From assembly GCA_000442015.1 (NCBI GenBank), contig KE561074.1, positions 1 through 60,658 on the forward strand: a stretch of DNA of 60,658 nt, in the 5' to 3' direction. The notes beneath the pieces are model-generated. The model did not search any database and was not told the DNA's origin. It saw only the letters and a program-made list of their open reading frames with translations. The DNA comes from Rozella allomycis CSF55 (Eukaryota). Position numbers and translations under genes: made by a program. Numbering within the stretch: position 1 is the first letter of the stretch; each line of letters begins with the position of its first letter. Of this stretch, positions 10,845 through 22,694 are shown piece after piece.

Positions 10845-13431
10845 ATGGATTATTCGGTAAAGTTTTCTTTCGATTTCAAATGCTCAATAGAATCAAGTAA
10901 GAATTAACTCACATCACATTCAAAGTTGCTTCAAAAAATCCAGACATTGAAAAATGGTTAAACAATGAAACTGGCCAACCAAAAAATGAGTTTGCCGAAC
11001 GATTATCAAAGCTATCAACCAAAGCAGACATTCAACCAATCCCATTCCAATGCTACTTTACATACCACATCGGCGACACAATCATCGGCAGAGTAACACA
11101 CACATTTCTCATTAATAGTCCGACGTCATGTCCTTCAAAGACTCTACCTGCATATGCCACCACAACATTCAAATCACCAAAGTAATCACTATTCTCCTCC
11201 TCCAAAGGATTTCCTCTCATCCCTCTACAAAAACAACATCACCATCAAAATATGGCAAATAGCACCCTCGAGACACATCAACACTACAAAACCATCCAAC
11301 CCAGACAAGCGCGCCAAATCACCCAAAAAACACACAACAAACAAAGACGTCCACGACATTGAAGACCACTACATGCATCCCCACCAATACGAAGCATCCA
11401 AACACTCGTCCGTCAAAAAATCACTCTTAAAAACATCACAATCACACCCAGAATCATCCATCAAGCGATGCAACTCGGCACCACGCNNNNNNNNNNNNNN
11501 NNNNNNNNNNNNNNNNNNNNNNNNNNNNNNNNNNNNNNNNNNNNNNNNNNNNNNNNNNNNNNNNNNNNNNNNNNNNNNNNNNNNNNNNNNNNNNNNNNNN
11601 NNNNNNNNNNNNNNNNNNNNNNNNNNNNNNNNNNNNNNNNNNNNNNNNNNNNNNNNNNNNNNNNNNNNNNNNNNNNNNNNNNNNNNNNNNNNNNNNNNNN
11701 NNNNNNNNNNNNNNNNNNNNNNNNNNNNNNNNNNNNNNNNNNNNNNNNNNNNNNNNNNNNNNNNNNNNNNNNNNNNNGTGATCAACCGCAAGCTGATGTT
11801 CACACAGCCGTTCATGCTCAATGCCGCGAGACGCAATATCCGCAACGGGAAACTTGTGCGCGAAGACCATATTTATGTCGGGAGCGTGGTTATGGATGTT
11901 AATCCGCTGTTTGGAGGATGCTTGGTGGTGGTTAAACAGTACGAGGTTTTTTAGCGTTGGGTAGGTGGATTGGGCTGGGAATTGCCGGGCTGCTAGAAGT
12001 GGAGGCGGCTGTTATGGTTGACAGAAAGATTGTTCATGAAGCGGTTTGGGATGAGTTTGAGCCGGTAGCGATTGAGATTGATAAATTGATTGATATGCCG
12101 AGGGATATGGAGGAGAATGTGTCGATTAAGTATAATTTTAATGGAGAAAGTGTGGAATTGAATGATCTTAAAGTGAAGAAGAATATGAGAATTAAATACA
12201 TTAGATATTTTGTCTCCAAATGCGCGGATGATTTCATTGATTCTGTACGGCATCCGTTTGTCGTATTCATAAGTGATGGGTTGCATAAAGCTCAAGCTAA
12301 GGTTGGTAATTTCTTTGTACTATTTGGAAAGACTTGATCAAGGATGTCATTATAGCTGGTAACTCTAAGATACATGTCCCTCTGCTACCAATCGAGGATA
12401 ATAAATCAAGTAAAAACAAAAACGACAATTAAGAGTCAAAAGAGAATTTTTAGAGTCAGGAACGACTATCAGTATCAAATTTCATTTCCCTGGGAGAATA
12501 ACAAGCGCTATTTCACCACATCTTGGAATTGGCTCGCAGGAAGGGTTCAGAATTTTGATTAAAACTTCCAAGTAATAATATGAAGTGATTATAAGAGAAA
12601 AAATGATCTCAAAAGGTTTTATGGAGAATNTGTTATTGAGAGAAGATAAGGACATTAGAGGGATATGCGTCTATTCGTCTTTTGGAAACTTATTGGTCTT
12701 AGAGTGTATCGATAGTGAAGCATTAGAGGAAATGGCAAGGTAAAAGAGTCTAACAAATATTTGATTAGGAAACACAATTTCGAAATCGCTAAGAGCAAAG
12801 TCTCTCTGAGACCAAATCCATATCTCCTTAATGCATACCACCTTAAGCATAAGGGAGCTTTAAGTTATAATGCGCTACTGAAAATGTNAGGGTACTTTAA
12901 GTTATAATGCGATGCTGAAAATGTCTAGCAGAAGCGGTCCATCCGGTATTGCGCGGGATACTTTGTGGACAGTAAATATCAATTGTTCTTTGCTTAGTTC
13001 CTCCTCAATGACAAAATTGAACCCCCAAATGCTAAATATTTTCTATTGCAACGAATGTGTGTGGTCGAGTTGAAGCAGTACCTACAATCCGTCAAGGATT
13101 GGTTTCAAGTAACGAGACTTGTCCAACTGTAAAGAACATTGCTGTTCACAATGGTTTACCGGTTGTTAATATATCAAAACCGAGCTCTTCAAAGTCTATA
13201 AAGAAGATGGAGACCTGCAAAACACAAGATTTGCTTTCTTTACCTCCATTCACATCATATTCAACAAAGCCTAATACTAGTTATTCCTATTCCTTGTCCG
13301 TTCCAAAAACTTCTCACTCCCATTTTAGACACAATATTATTCGAGGAGATAGCTCAACAGCGGGTATATATAATTATAGCATTCAAACGTTTAATACTGT
13401 CTATAGTCAAAAATTAATTATAAAATCCTAA
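10845..13431 (+). CDS. CFAP92/KIAA1257 (DUF4550)-like ciliary protein, multi-intron, spans the N gap
   Basis: Traced spliced frame includes HNIQITK|DFLSSLYKNNITIKIWQ, EFEPVAIEIDKLIDMP, REFLESGTTISIKF, DIRGICV..LLVLEC and IYNYSIQTFN. These resemble CFAP92 motifs from memory; not database-confirmed. The ends are uncertain. Confidence 0.55.
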
Positions 13432-13466
13432 TAAATATAGTAAAAAGTCACTCAAATGATTTTTAT

Positions 13467-15779
13467 TTATCTCAATGGTACTAATTTCCGATGAAGAACC
13501 CTCCCGGTTCGTTTTTCTTCGTAAAATGCTTCCTTCATATATTTTTGCATTTTTGGAAGTTGTGAAAAATGATTCACTGCTTGGATATGTTTCTGCTCAA
13601 CCCGTTTAACAAAATCGCTGCTGTACAGACCAATTGGATTGTCTTCTTTTTGATGAACAAGAGCCTCTGGCTTTGTAAGCAAAATACAATTCCATGGGGA
13701 CAACTCTTTCTTAGGATTCCATCTAATCAATACTAAATCTTCCGTGTTTCCTGTAGCCGAAATAATACTTTGGCAACCCCAAATAGTGTCAATAAGGTAT
13801 CTCATATCTGACTCTTGCATTAAATCAACAGTGTGGTTTATGTTTTGTTTTCCACTTAACAATGAAGGTCCTAATTCCTTCTTTCTTCTATCTTCTTCTT
13901 CGTTGCGCGCATTGTCAAGTAACTTCATGTATGCAGAGTCCTCCACACGATCTTTTGCATAATTCTCTTCCAGCATACAATTTTTGCATTTTCCGACGTG
14001 ATTCATATTTGTTGAGAGATAAAATTCCGTAGATGAAAGATACTTTGTACAACCTCGGCAATAATACACCGGCTTTTCTCTATGCCATGATTCACCAGCT
14101 CCAGGAAACTATTAGAGAACAAAAATACATTTTACCTTTTGATACTTTGCAGCCTCGGGATTAAATTTAGGTGTTTTAAGAAATACCAGGAATTGGCTAC
14201 TTATTCGTTTCCTTAAACCTTCCAAATTTTTGGATGAAACACCCCGGCTGATCATGTCGCCCTCTCTATCAATCAAATCAACAATATCTCTTGTCAAAGA
14301 ACAATCAAATTCCTATTATTTTTGCAACGTGTTATTACTTTGACTGTATATTTAACGTGCAATAATACCTGCAGTCTCTCATCAATGGACAAAAGAGGTA
14401 AGCACAAAGCATTATATAAATCCCTCAACTCTGATGCCCTTTGAATGCTAGGTGTAGTTATAAAGGTAGTTCCTCCATCAAATGATGGGAAAGAGATAGG
14501 ACTTCCCATTTGCTCCAAGAGTTTCTGAGTTTTTTCGACTTTATTTTCTTCATTAGCTGCCAGTTTCAGTCGATCAATTTTTTGTATCAACTGAGCCTCT
14601 TTGTCCATCACGTCGGCGAGTAATGCCAATTTTGTTGCATCATTGTATTCAGAGTCTGTAATTTTCTTAACTTCAATTGCCCTCCATCCTTTTATTAATT
14701 TTTGTTGGCATTACTTTCTAATCCGTGATACAAGACTTCAAAGTCTTTCGTAGTTCGAGGATGCAATCGATGTTCCACTTCTTTTCTTCTCTTCGTTTCA
14801 TCTATTTTTATTTTCTTGTCTTCTTTCTAGGATATATCTCAATTTTAATTACTTCTTTTTGATCCTTGTCCTTTTCCAATTTCTCAATGTANATCTTCTT
14901 TCTAGGATATATCTCTATTTTAATTACTTCTTTTTGATCCTTGTCCTTTTCCAATTTCTCAATGTACAAAATTCTTGTGTATCGGATGGCTTGGATTTTT
15001 CTGAAAAAGCACTGAATTTTTATGATCTTTGTTATGAATTGAAAATGGTTACTGCTTTGAGCTTTTTAGCGNGAATCATGATCTTATCATTTTCTTCTGA
15101 CACAAAACAATCTGAATTATTCTTTCTAAAACTTCATTTATAATTACCATCTGAGTCGCCGTCTCGCGAACACATTGTGATTTGCGGTTTCTTAAAAACT
15201 TGGTTTGAACTTCTCTATGAAACCTCTCTGGGCAATTCTATCAATTAATACTAAATATAATACCTCAAGGGTGTATTTTTGAGGAACTTTAGTTTGCGTC
15301 CATGCATGATAGTACTCTGTGCCATTCCTTTTGTCACGGTACCCGCCAACGTAGTTGACACGAGAAAAACTAGGCAAGCGTTTTCCATCTTCGGTGTATC
15401 TTGGACTATTATCTATTCTGTTATTCTATGTATGGCTACCTATATTTTGATCAGGAGAATCAATGGCGTCTTTATTGTTTGTAAGAGGAGTTGATGTGCG
15501 TAACTTATCATCAGCTTCATTCATAGCTTGCTGATCAGAAGCATCTTCTTTAGCCAAATTATTTTCGGGAACCAGAATAGCATCTTTCTCGGGTGTATTC
15601 CCTGCATTATCTTCAATGGCAATATTTTCAACTGGAAACAAATAATTTTTTGGTTTTTCGAGAGTTTCTTTCCTAACCATTCGACCTCTCCACACAGTTT
15701 GGATTTTCGTTGCAGAATATTGCAAAATCTCATCACTTCCAGATTCCGTATATGAAGTTTCTTCCCCGTTATTATTCAT
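13467..15779 (-). CDS. IQUB: IQUB (IQ and ubiquitin-like domain protein; radial-spoke component), multi-intron
   Basis: [77 protein letters not shown] and [16 protein letters not shown]. A local assembly duplication and Ns lie at 14825-15072. Confidence 0.85.
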
Positions 15780-15933
15780 TTCGTTGTCATGGAAGAACAA
15801 AAAGAAATAAAAGGTCTAATTCAGAAGGAGTAAAATATCTGACTCTATACTTGACAAAAAATATCTCTTTATTGTAGCTTTTAAATACTAGAACCACGCC
15901 TTGATTTTTCACTCTCCTTTGAAGAAAGCTACG

Positions 15934-16849
15934 TCAAGTGTAAGTATATTCTCTTACCTTTCTTTTGTTTATATTAACTTTTGGTTTTAAGATAAACGCC
16001 AAGGAGAAAATGAACCCTAATAGGGCCGTAACAATATACCCAAACAAAGGAACGTAATCACATGTATAGACAGATTCCGACAATTTTTCATAAGTTAAAG
16101 TCTTATAGACTATATACTTTAGAGGGTCATCTATAGCTCTACGAACGTAAAACAGTGCCACAACGATGGCGAACATAATTGAGACCGCCAAAACATAAAA
16201 CTGCTTGTAGTCCACCTTACTTTTGATTTTAATGTTTTCAGTCTTCTTTTGATTATTGTAAATGAACAAGAATATTTTAGCTATATTTTTTTAAAAAACG
16301 TGCCGTACTTAATATTGGAAACATTAAAATACTTTCAGCTGCTACGATCAAGGAATTACATAATTGACGAAGAACATAACCTAGCAAGGGATCATAGCTA
16401 ACAAAAGACATTTGAATCAGAATTAACAGAAGACTTTGACCAACTATGCATTTTGAAATAAAGATCCTTCCCTCAAACGGAGACGAAAGAATATGCTTCA
16501 GTTTTGAAATTCCTGGAGCGTTGCTCAATTTCACCCATAAAGACATGAACAAAAACATCAAAGCAGATCCAAATCCATTCACCGCAATCGACTCAAAAAG
16601 GTCGATGACACAATAAAATCGGTAATAGTCTAACGTGGAAGAAACCTCACATAACACCAATGACATTATAGGAAACTTGACCAATGATAGAATATGGATT
16701 AAAGAGACAAAAGAAAAGGAAAGCAAACCAACGAATGCACTGAGGGAGGATTTGGAATTTTTGACATATTGTCTTGAAGCCCATATTGAAAATGTCAAAC
16801 TCAGCAAATTGCATAGCTCGATTATTGCGAGGTCCCTGATGGATCTCAT
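15934..16849 (-). CDS. Hypothetical multi-pass membrane protein (~7 hydrophobic segments; possibly GPCR-like); boundaries uncertain
   Basis: Two adjacent hydrophobic ORFs (190 and 111 aa) on the same strand, probably joined by an intron. No family motif recognised. Confidence 0.4.
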
Positions 16850-17172
16850 GGCCTCGGAGATTTAGCATGACCTTGACCGATAACTAGGTATCTACAGATT
16901 AACGTAAAAATACAAAAGAATAATAATCATGACAAAATTCATTACTAAACGTAGTTTTCTTTCGTTTTTTTGAGAGATCAAGACTTGCAAGATAGAAGTC
17001 TATAGGATTTTTCAATAGCACATTACATTGCAATATAAAATTCGACTAGTTATTAATTATTTTCATCACATAAATAAAACTATTCTTATTTCTTCAATTT
17101 TATGTCCCAATTGCCAAAGGCTAAACCCTTGTCGAAATTAATCGACTACTACAGTTTGCTAATTATTTTGGA

Positions 17173-18769
17173 ATGTCTACAACGTACGAATACTTGAATA
17201 TTTTAAAAGTGCTGTCGCTGATATAGGTTTGATCGGTTTAGCCGTAATGGGCCAGAATCTTATTTTGAATATGAATGACAAAGGCTTTGTTGTAACACAC
17301 GTGATTTTATTTGATAGGTCTGTGCATACAATAGGACTGTTGAAAAGGTGGATTTATTTCTTGCCAACGAAGCCAAAGACACTAAAATTGTAGGGGCTCA
17401 TTCTGTACAAGAATTCTGCCAAATGCTAAAGAGGCCAAGAAAAATAATTTTAATGGTCAAGGCTGGTTCTGCAGTTGATGATTTTATTAACCAATTGTTA
17501 CCGTATCTTGAAAAGGGAGATATTATTATTGATGGTGGAAATTCTCATTTTCCTGATACCATAAGAAGAGTGAAGGAGTTGGAGGTTAAGGGACTATTGT
17601 TTGTTGGAACTGGTGTGTCTGGAGGAGAAGAGGGCGCCAGATTCGGACCATCTATAATGCCAGGTGGATCACCAGCAGCATGGTAAGCTCCATAGCTTTA
17701 ATATAAATTAAGGCCACATTTAAAGCCAATTTTCCAGGCGATTTCTGCTAAAGCAGACGGAGAGCCATGCTGTGATTGGGTTGGACAGGGAGGTTCTGGA
17801 CATTATGTTAAAATGGTTCACAATGGTATTGAATATGGAGATATGCAACTTATTTGTGAGGCGTATCATTTAATGAGGGACTGTTTAGGTCTTTCGAATG
17901 TGGAAATGTCACAAGTGTTTGATGAATGGAACAAGGGAGAATTAAATTCCTTCCTCATTGAAATCACAAGAGATATTTTAGCCTTTAGAGATTCTGATGG
18001 ATCTTTTCTTGTTGATAAGATACGCGACACCGCTGGGCAAGTAACTTTTCATTTAGTTTAGAATAAAACAGAAAGGCACTGGAAAATGGACAGGGATTTC
18101 TTCTTTAGATCTAGGTGTGCCAGTTACATTGATTGGAGAGGCTGTCTTTGCAAGGGCTTTATCTGCCATGAAAGATGAAAGAGTTTTTGCTTCCAAAGTT
18201 CTTAAAGGACCTTCATCTCGCTATCAAGGGGACAAGAAGGAATTTCTTCATCATTTAAGACAATCTCTCTACGCGTCTAAAATCATTTCTTACGCTCAAG
18301 GGTTCATGTTGATGAGAGAAGCAGCAAAGGAACAAAATTGGAATCTGAATTATGGGGGTATCGCTGTTATGTGGAAAGGTGGTTGCATCATTAGAAGGTA
18401 TTTTCATTTAACTTTTATAATCCCAGCGCGTTTCTTGGTGACATTAAAAAAGCATTCACAAAGAACCCAAATTTGAACAATTTGCTTTTAGATGATTTTT
18501 TTAAATCCATTGTTGAAAATGCTCAAGCTAGTTGGAGATTTATTGTTTCTCAAGCAGTCTTAATGGGAATTCCAGTCCCCGCCATTAGTACTGCTTTGGC
18601 ATTTTTCGATGGCTACAGATCTGAAATGCTACCGGCCAACTTACTTCAAGCACAAAGAGATTATTTTGGTGCACATACTTATGAATTACTCTCACAACCA
18701 GGAGTCTTCCATCACACAAACTGGACTGGTAGAGGTGGCAACGTTAGTTCCTCTACTTATAATGCTTGA
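17173..18769 (+). CDS. GND1: 6-phosphogluconate dehydrogenase, decarboxylating
   Basis: [65 protein letters not shown] and C-terminal [11 protein letters not shown]; 5 tiny introns. Confidence 0.97.
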
Positions 18770-18836
18770 AAAGTCAATAAATAATTTGAATTTATTTTTT
18801 TCTTTTACATTTTTTGTTGCCAAGGAATCAGGATTA

Positions 18837-20081
18837 ATGCCTTCCATAACATTTTGGGCGTCCGACAAGGAAAAGAAAGAAATTAAGAAAAGAGATAAAC
18901 AAATCACAAAAGAGCTCGAAAGAAGCAGAGAAGAGCTACAACACATCCACAATGTTGTTTTATTAGGTAAAATTATCGACTAGCTTTCTCAGGCAATGCT
19001 GAAAGCGGTAAATCAACGATTCTTAAACAAATGAAACTATCTTACAGCCAAGAAAAAAGTTTCACGTGGGAAGAAAAAAAGAGTTACAGAAAAATTATCA
19101 TCCAAAATATAAAGACAATTTTCCTTCAAATCGCAAGTGTAATTCAAGATAACAAGTTTTTATATGCTATGAAGAATATGAAGGTATTCTTAAACTTTAA
19201 AACTGTACAGGAAATAGTTGAAGATTTGACCAATGAATTCAAAGAATCGCTGTCCCCCGAATGCCAAAGTGATTTTCTAGAAGCACAGCTAAAATCATTA
19301 ACAATGTTTTTCAAAGACAGTACTGTAGTCAATGTTATCGAGAATTCACTTAAATATCCAAACCTAATGGATTCCATAAAATAGTAATTCGTTAAATAAT
19401 GTTTCAAGCTGTTGGTTTCCTGAAAATATCTTTAGAGTCTTAAAGGAGAATTATGAGCCAAATGATGATGATATACTAAATTCGAGGTCAAGAACCAAAG
19501 AAACATTCGAAACCAAGTTCGCCATTGGCAAAGATACCATCAACGTTATCGATGTCCCAGGAGCGCGGGCAAAAAGGAATAAATGGCTATCTCTTTTCAC
19601 GTACAGCAAAAATCATAGCTTAACAATAGAACTGTAGATGCTGTTCTTTTTGTGGCTTCTTTAAGTTCCTACGCGCAATTCTTAGAGGAAGACTCATCTG
19701 TGGTATGAACGATTCATGAAAAATGACAAGAGACGAATCTATGATTCAATAGAGCTTTTTGATTCCCTGATAAACAACAAGTTTTTGGAAAACACGACTT
19801 TTATAATATTCTTCAACAAACTGGACCTTTTCGAACAGTTAATGAAGGTGGTCCCCATATCAGATGCATTCCCAGAATATTCTAAAGTTTCAGACAACCA
19901 CAGTATAGATGTAGGAAGGAAATTCTTAAAAGCTAAATTTTTGTCGCTAAACCAAAACAAGGATCGCCAAATCTACTGTCATTACACAACTGCTACTTCA
20001 ACTACACAATTGAAAAAATTAATACATAGTGTGCTCATGTCTATTTTGGTTACAGGTATCAAAGACTCTGGTTTAATCTAA
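18837..20081 (+). CDS. Atypical heterotrimeric G-protein alpha subunit
   Basis: Spliced: VVLLG|NAESGKSTILKQMK (G1), ILNSRSRT (G2), DVPGARAKRNKW (G3), FFNKLDLF (G4), HYTTATST (G5), C-terminus IKDSGLI. Confidence 0.9.
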
Positions 20082-20131
20082 AATAAAAAAACGCTGAATC
20101 CTTTTTAAAATTTTTGAAAAAAATGCAAAAG

Positions 20132-20217
20132 TCCGTCCACCCGGAATTGAACCAGGGACATCATGATAACAATTGAACAACTACAGTCACGCGCTCTACC
20201 AACTGAGCTATGGACGG
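20132..20217 (-). tRNA. tRNA-Tyr(GTA) with 13-nt intron (20168-20180)
   Basis: Reverse complement CCGTCCATAGCTCAGTTGGTAGAGCGCGTGACTGTAG[TTGTTCAATTGTT]ATCATGATGTCCCTGGTTCAATTCCGGGTGGACGGA forms a cloverleaf with the intron at the canonical 37/38 position, followed by a T-run. Confidence 0.95.
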
Positions 20218-20341
20218 GACGATAACAAGTAAATCTGATGTGAATTTAATCCGATGATCATATTGAGAGATGATATCAGATAAGCTTTGACAGCCTGCCT
20301 ATAAATTACAATATGCTTCCATCAAAAGTTTCAATTTTAAC

Positions 20342-21021
20342 ATGTCTACAACCACCAGCCAAACCGTTATTGATGTAGCCCCACTTATGTCAACGTAAAG
20401 TAGGTTATTAAGGAAGACCATTTGCGAGTACACGACCTTTACAGGCTTTTTGAATCCGCCTTGCCATCGGACAGGCAGGCCATAGCTAACTCATTGATAC
20501 GCGAAATATCTGTCCACAGTGTTTGTATCATACATTGCGACTAATTACTAGGTGAAGAAATTGTTGTTTATCCCGTGATGAGAAAATACTTACCAGAAGG
20601 TGACAATATTGTCGATCATTCTCTTACCGAACATTTACAGGTGAAAAAGGATCTTGAACAACTGGAATCTTTGAATGTTGAGCATGTCAATTTTGTTCCA
20701 CTTGTGTCGAGAGTCATGACAGTACGATAAAATGCTTAATTTATATAGGACTTTCAATCACACGTGCAAGAAGAAGAAAATGATATTCTTCCAAAGTTTG
20801 CTCAATTCTGTCCATTGGATGAACTTATTAGTTTAAAGGACAAATTTATCAAAACAAAATCTACTGCTCCTACCAGGTAAAGGCCGGTGAAAGATTTGAA
20901 ATATAGACCACATTCTGGAGCACCCGACACAGGAGGTATTTCTCAAAAAGTAGCTGGCGCTGCAGCAGCTGTGGTAGATAAAATGAAAGATACTGCAAGA
21001 GAATTTGTCGCGGAAGAATAG
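20342..21021 (+). CDS. Hemerythrin-like HHE cation-binding protein, copy 1 (4 introns)
   Basis: Spliced: VID|VIKEDH...IREISVHSV|CEEIVVYP...EHLQVK...HVQEEENDILP...APT|RPHSGAP. The H/HxxxE/H/HxxxE ligand pattern and PTRPH tail match fungal HHE proteins. Confidence 0.88.
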
Positions 21022-21232
21022 TATTTATTCAATAAATTATTATTGTGTGGATTTAAAAATGATGAATATTAATCGAGTCTTCTGTCGAGTCAATATAGAA
21101 AATGTTTTTCCCGTATCCATTTCAATAATATCATGTAGAACTGTGCGAATGAAAAAGTATAAACTCTATTTAAACTTCACTGATCTCTTATCTGCTAATA
21201 TATAATGGCTTGTTATGCTTTATCAAATTTAA

Positions 21233-22037
21233 ATGAATACAATCCTCAAAAGAATCAACCTCACAAAGTTTCAATATAACAGTATTCTACTATCAAAGTA
21301 TTCAACAGCAAATCAGCATGGTAATAGTGTCATCGATGTAATTATGTTTGTGAAAGACTTTGCTTAGGTCATAAAATCTGATCATGATTATTTCAAAGGA
21401 TTATTTGAAATGTATGACAATTCACCTGCTGAAAAACGTGAGCCTGTTGTCAACACCATTATTCGTGAATTAGCGATTCACAATATGTGTATAGCAGATT
21501 TAACTTGTAACCGGCTTTTAGCCGCTCTTACCCGAAGTGGCTAATAAGTTGATTATGTAGTATGTGATTATTTTACAGCTATANAATACCCTACTCACAT
21601 TCCTAAATTCGAGGGTGAAAATCAAAAGAAAAAGTCTCTTGCCGATCATGCCGAGCTGAAGAGTGACCTTTATAAACTGGATTCAATGAATCTCAAAGAT
21701 GAGTCATTTAACCCTTTGCTGACCAAAATTAAAGACGTAAAATATTGTACCACAATAAATATAGGAATTATTCAAGCACATTTCAGATGAGGAAGGAATA
21801 TATTTGCCAAGACTAGCTGAAAATTGTAGTGAGGAAGAGTTGTCGACAATGGGCACAAAGTTTAAGAATTACAAAAAGTTTGTGCCAACACGGTAATAAA
21901 GTCATATTAGTTTGAAAAGACCACACCCAAGCGCACCGGATGAAGGTGGAATGAAAGAAACTCTGGCCGGAATGGCAGCGGCACCAATGGACCGGATGAA
22001 AGACATGGCAAGGGAGTTCGAAAAGGCAAAAGATTAA
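21233..22037 (+). CDS. Hemerythrin-like HHE protein, copy 2, with N-terminal presequence-like extension; intron 2 region unresolved (n at 21584)
   Basis: MNTILKRINLTKFQYNSILLSKYST...VID|VIKSDH...IRELAIH...YP...DHAELK...HISDEE...VPT|RPHPSAP; intron positions match copy 1. Confidence 0.8.
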
Positions 22038-22243
22038 GGAATAAATACGTGTCCCTCAACACCGTTATTTTTCAATTTTAAGTCATTATGATATTCAATA
22101 GTTTGATACCATTGTAATGTGATGAATTCAAAATGTAACATCAAGTCTTATTCTGCTTTATTCATAAAAATTGTTGTAGTCTTAAAAGATCCTTTTTGTT
22201 AGTGTTTTGAGATATCTGACTGCATTCATTTAGTTTTTACAGT

Positions 22244-22531
22244 TTAATTAGCGGTAACTAAAACATATGTTTTCAATGCATCAAAAATCACCGTGACGTT
22301 GAGGATATTATATAGCAAAGCGATACACCAAAGAAAACATAAAAATGCGATTCGGGAAGTTGACAGCATGGCGATCATGGCACAAATCAAAATGAAAGCT
22401 AGTGCAAAAAGGATAAGCACATTTTGAAGGAAGTTTAAAGGGGCCTTAACATCCACATCCTCATTTGGATTAAGGGCATTTATGAACATTCCTAACCAGA
22501 AAACAACTATAAATATCATTTCCTGTACCAT
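22244..22531 (-). CDS. Small hydrophobic hypothetical membrane protein (95 aa, ~3 TM)
   Basis: ATG-initiated ORF with three hydrophobic stretches; no family recognised. Confidence 0.35.
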   Translation of the reverse strand: MVQEMIFIVVFWLGMFINALNPNEDVDVKAPLNFLQNVLILFALAFILICAMIAMLSTSRIAFLCFLWCIALLYNILNVTVIFDALKTYVLVTAN

Positions 22532-22694
22532 AATGTTTTTGTGGCTCAGTGTGCACCAATAAATAGTCTACTGTGGCTAAGTAGCCGAAGGCATATATAG
22601 CTCACGAGAAAACTGAGCTGAATATATGTAATGCCTTTTAACAAAATTGAAATTGACTAAAGTTTTTTATTGACAAGTAATGAAATAAAAAAAA

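Noticed and set aside
12855-12925. ~35-nt imperfect tandem repeat
   Set aside because: Straddles the n at 12888; same artefact class.
14825-14965. ~65-nt direct repeat inside IQUB
   Set aside because: Centred on the n at 14892; scaffold-join duplication.
20342-22037. Idea that all 3n-length introns carry in-frame stops (NMD safeguard)
   Set aside because: True for several introns here, but stopless 27-nt introns exist in BCKDHA and VPS1 and my detection is biased towards stop-containing ones. Needs genome-wide counts.
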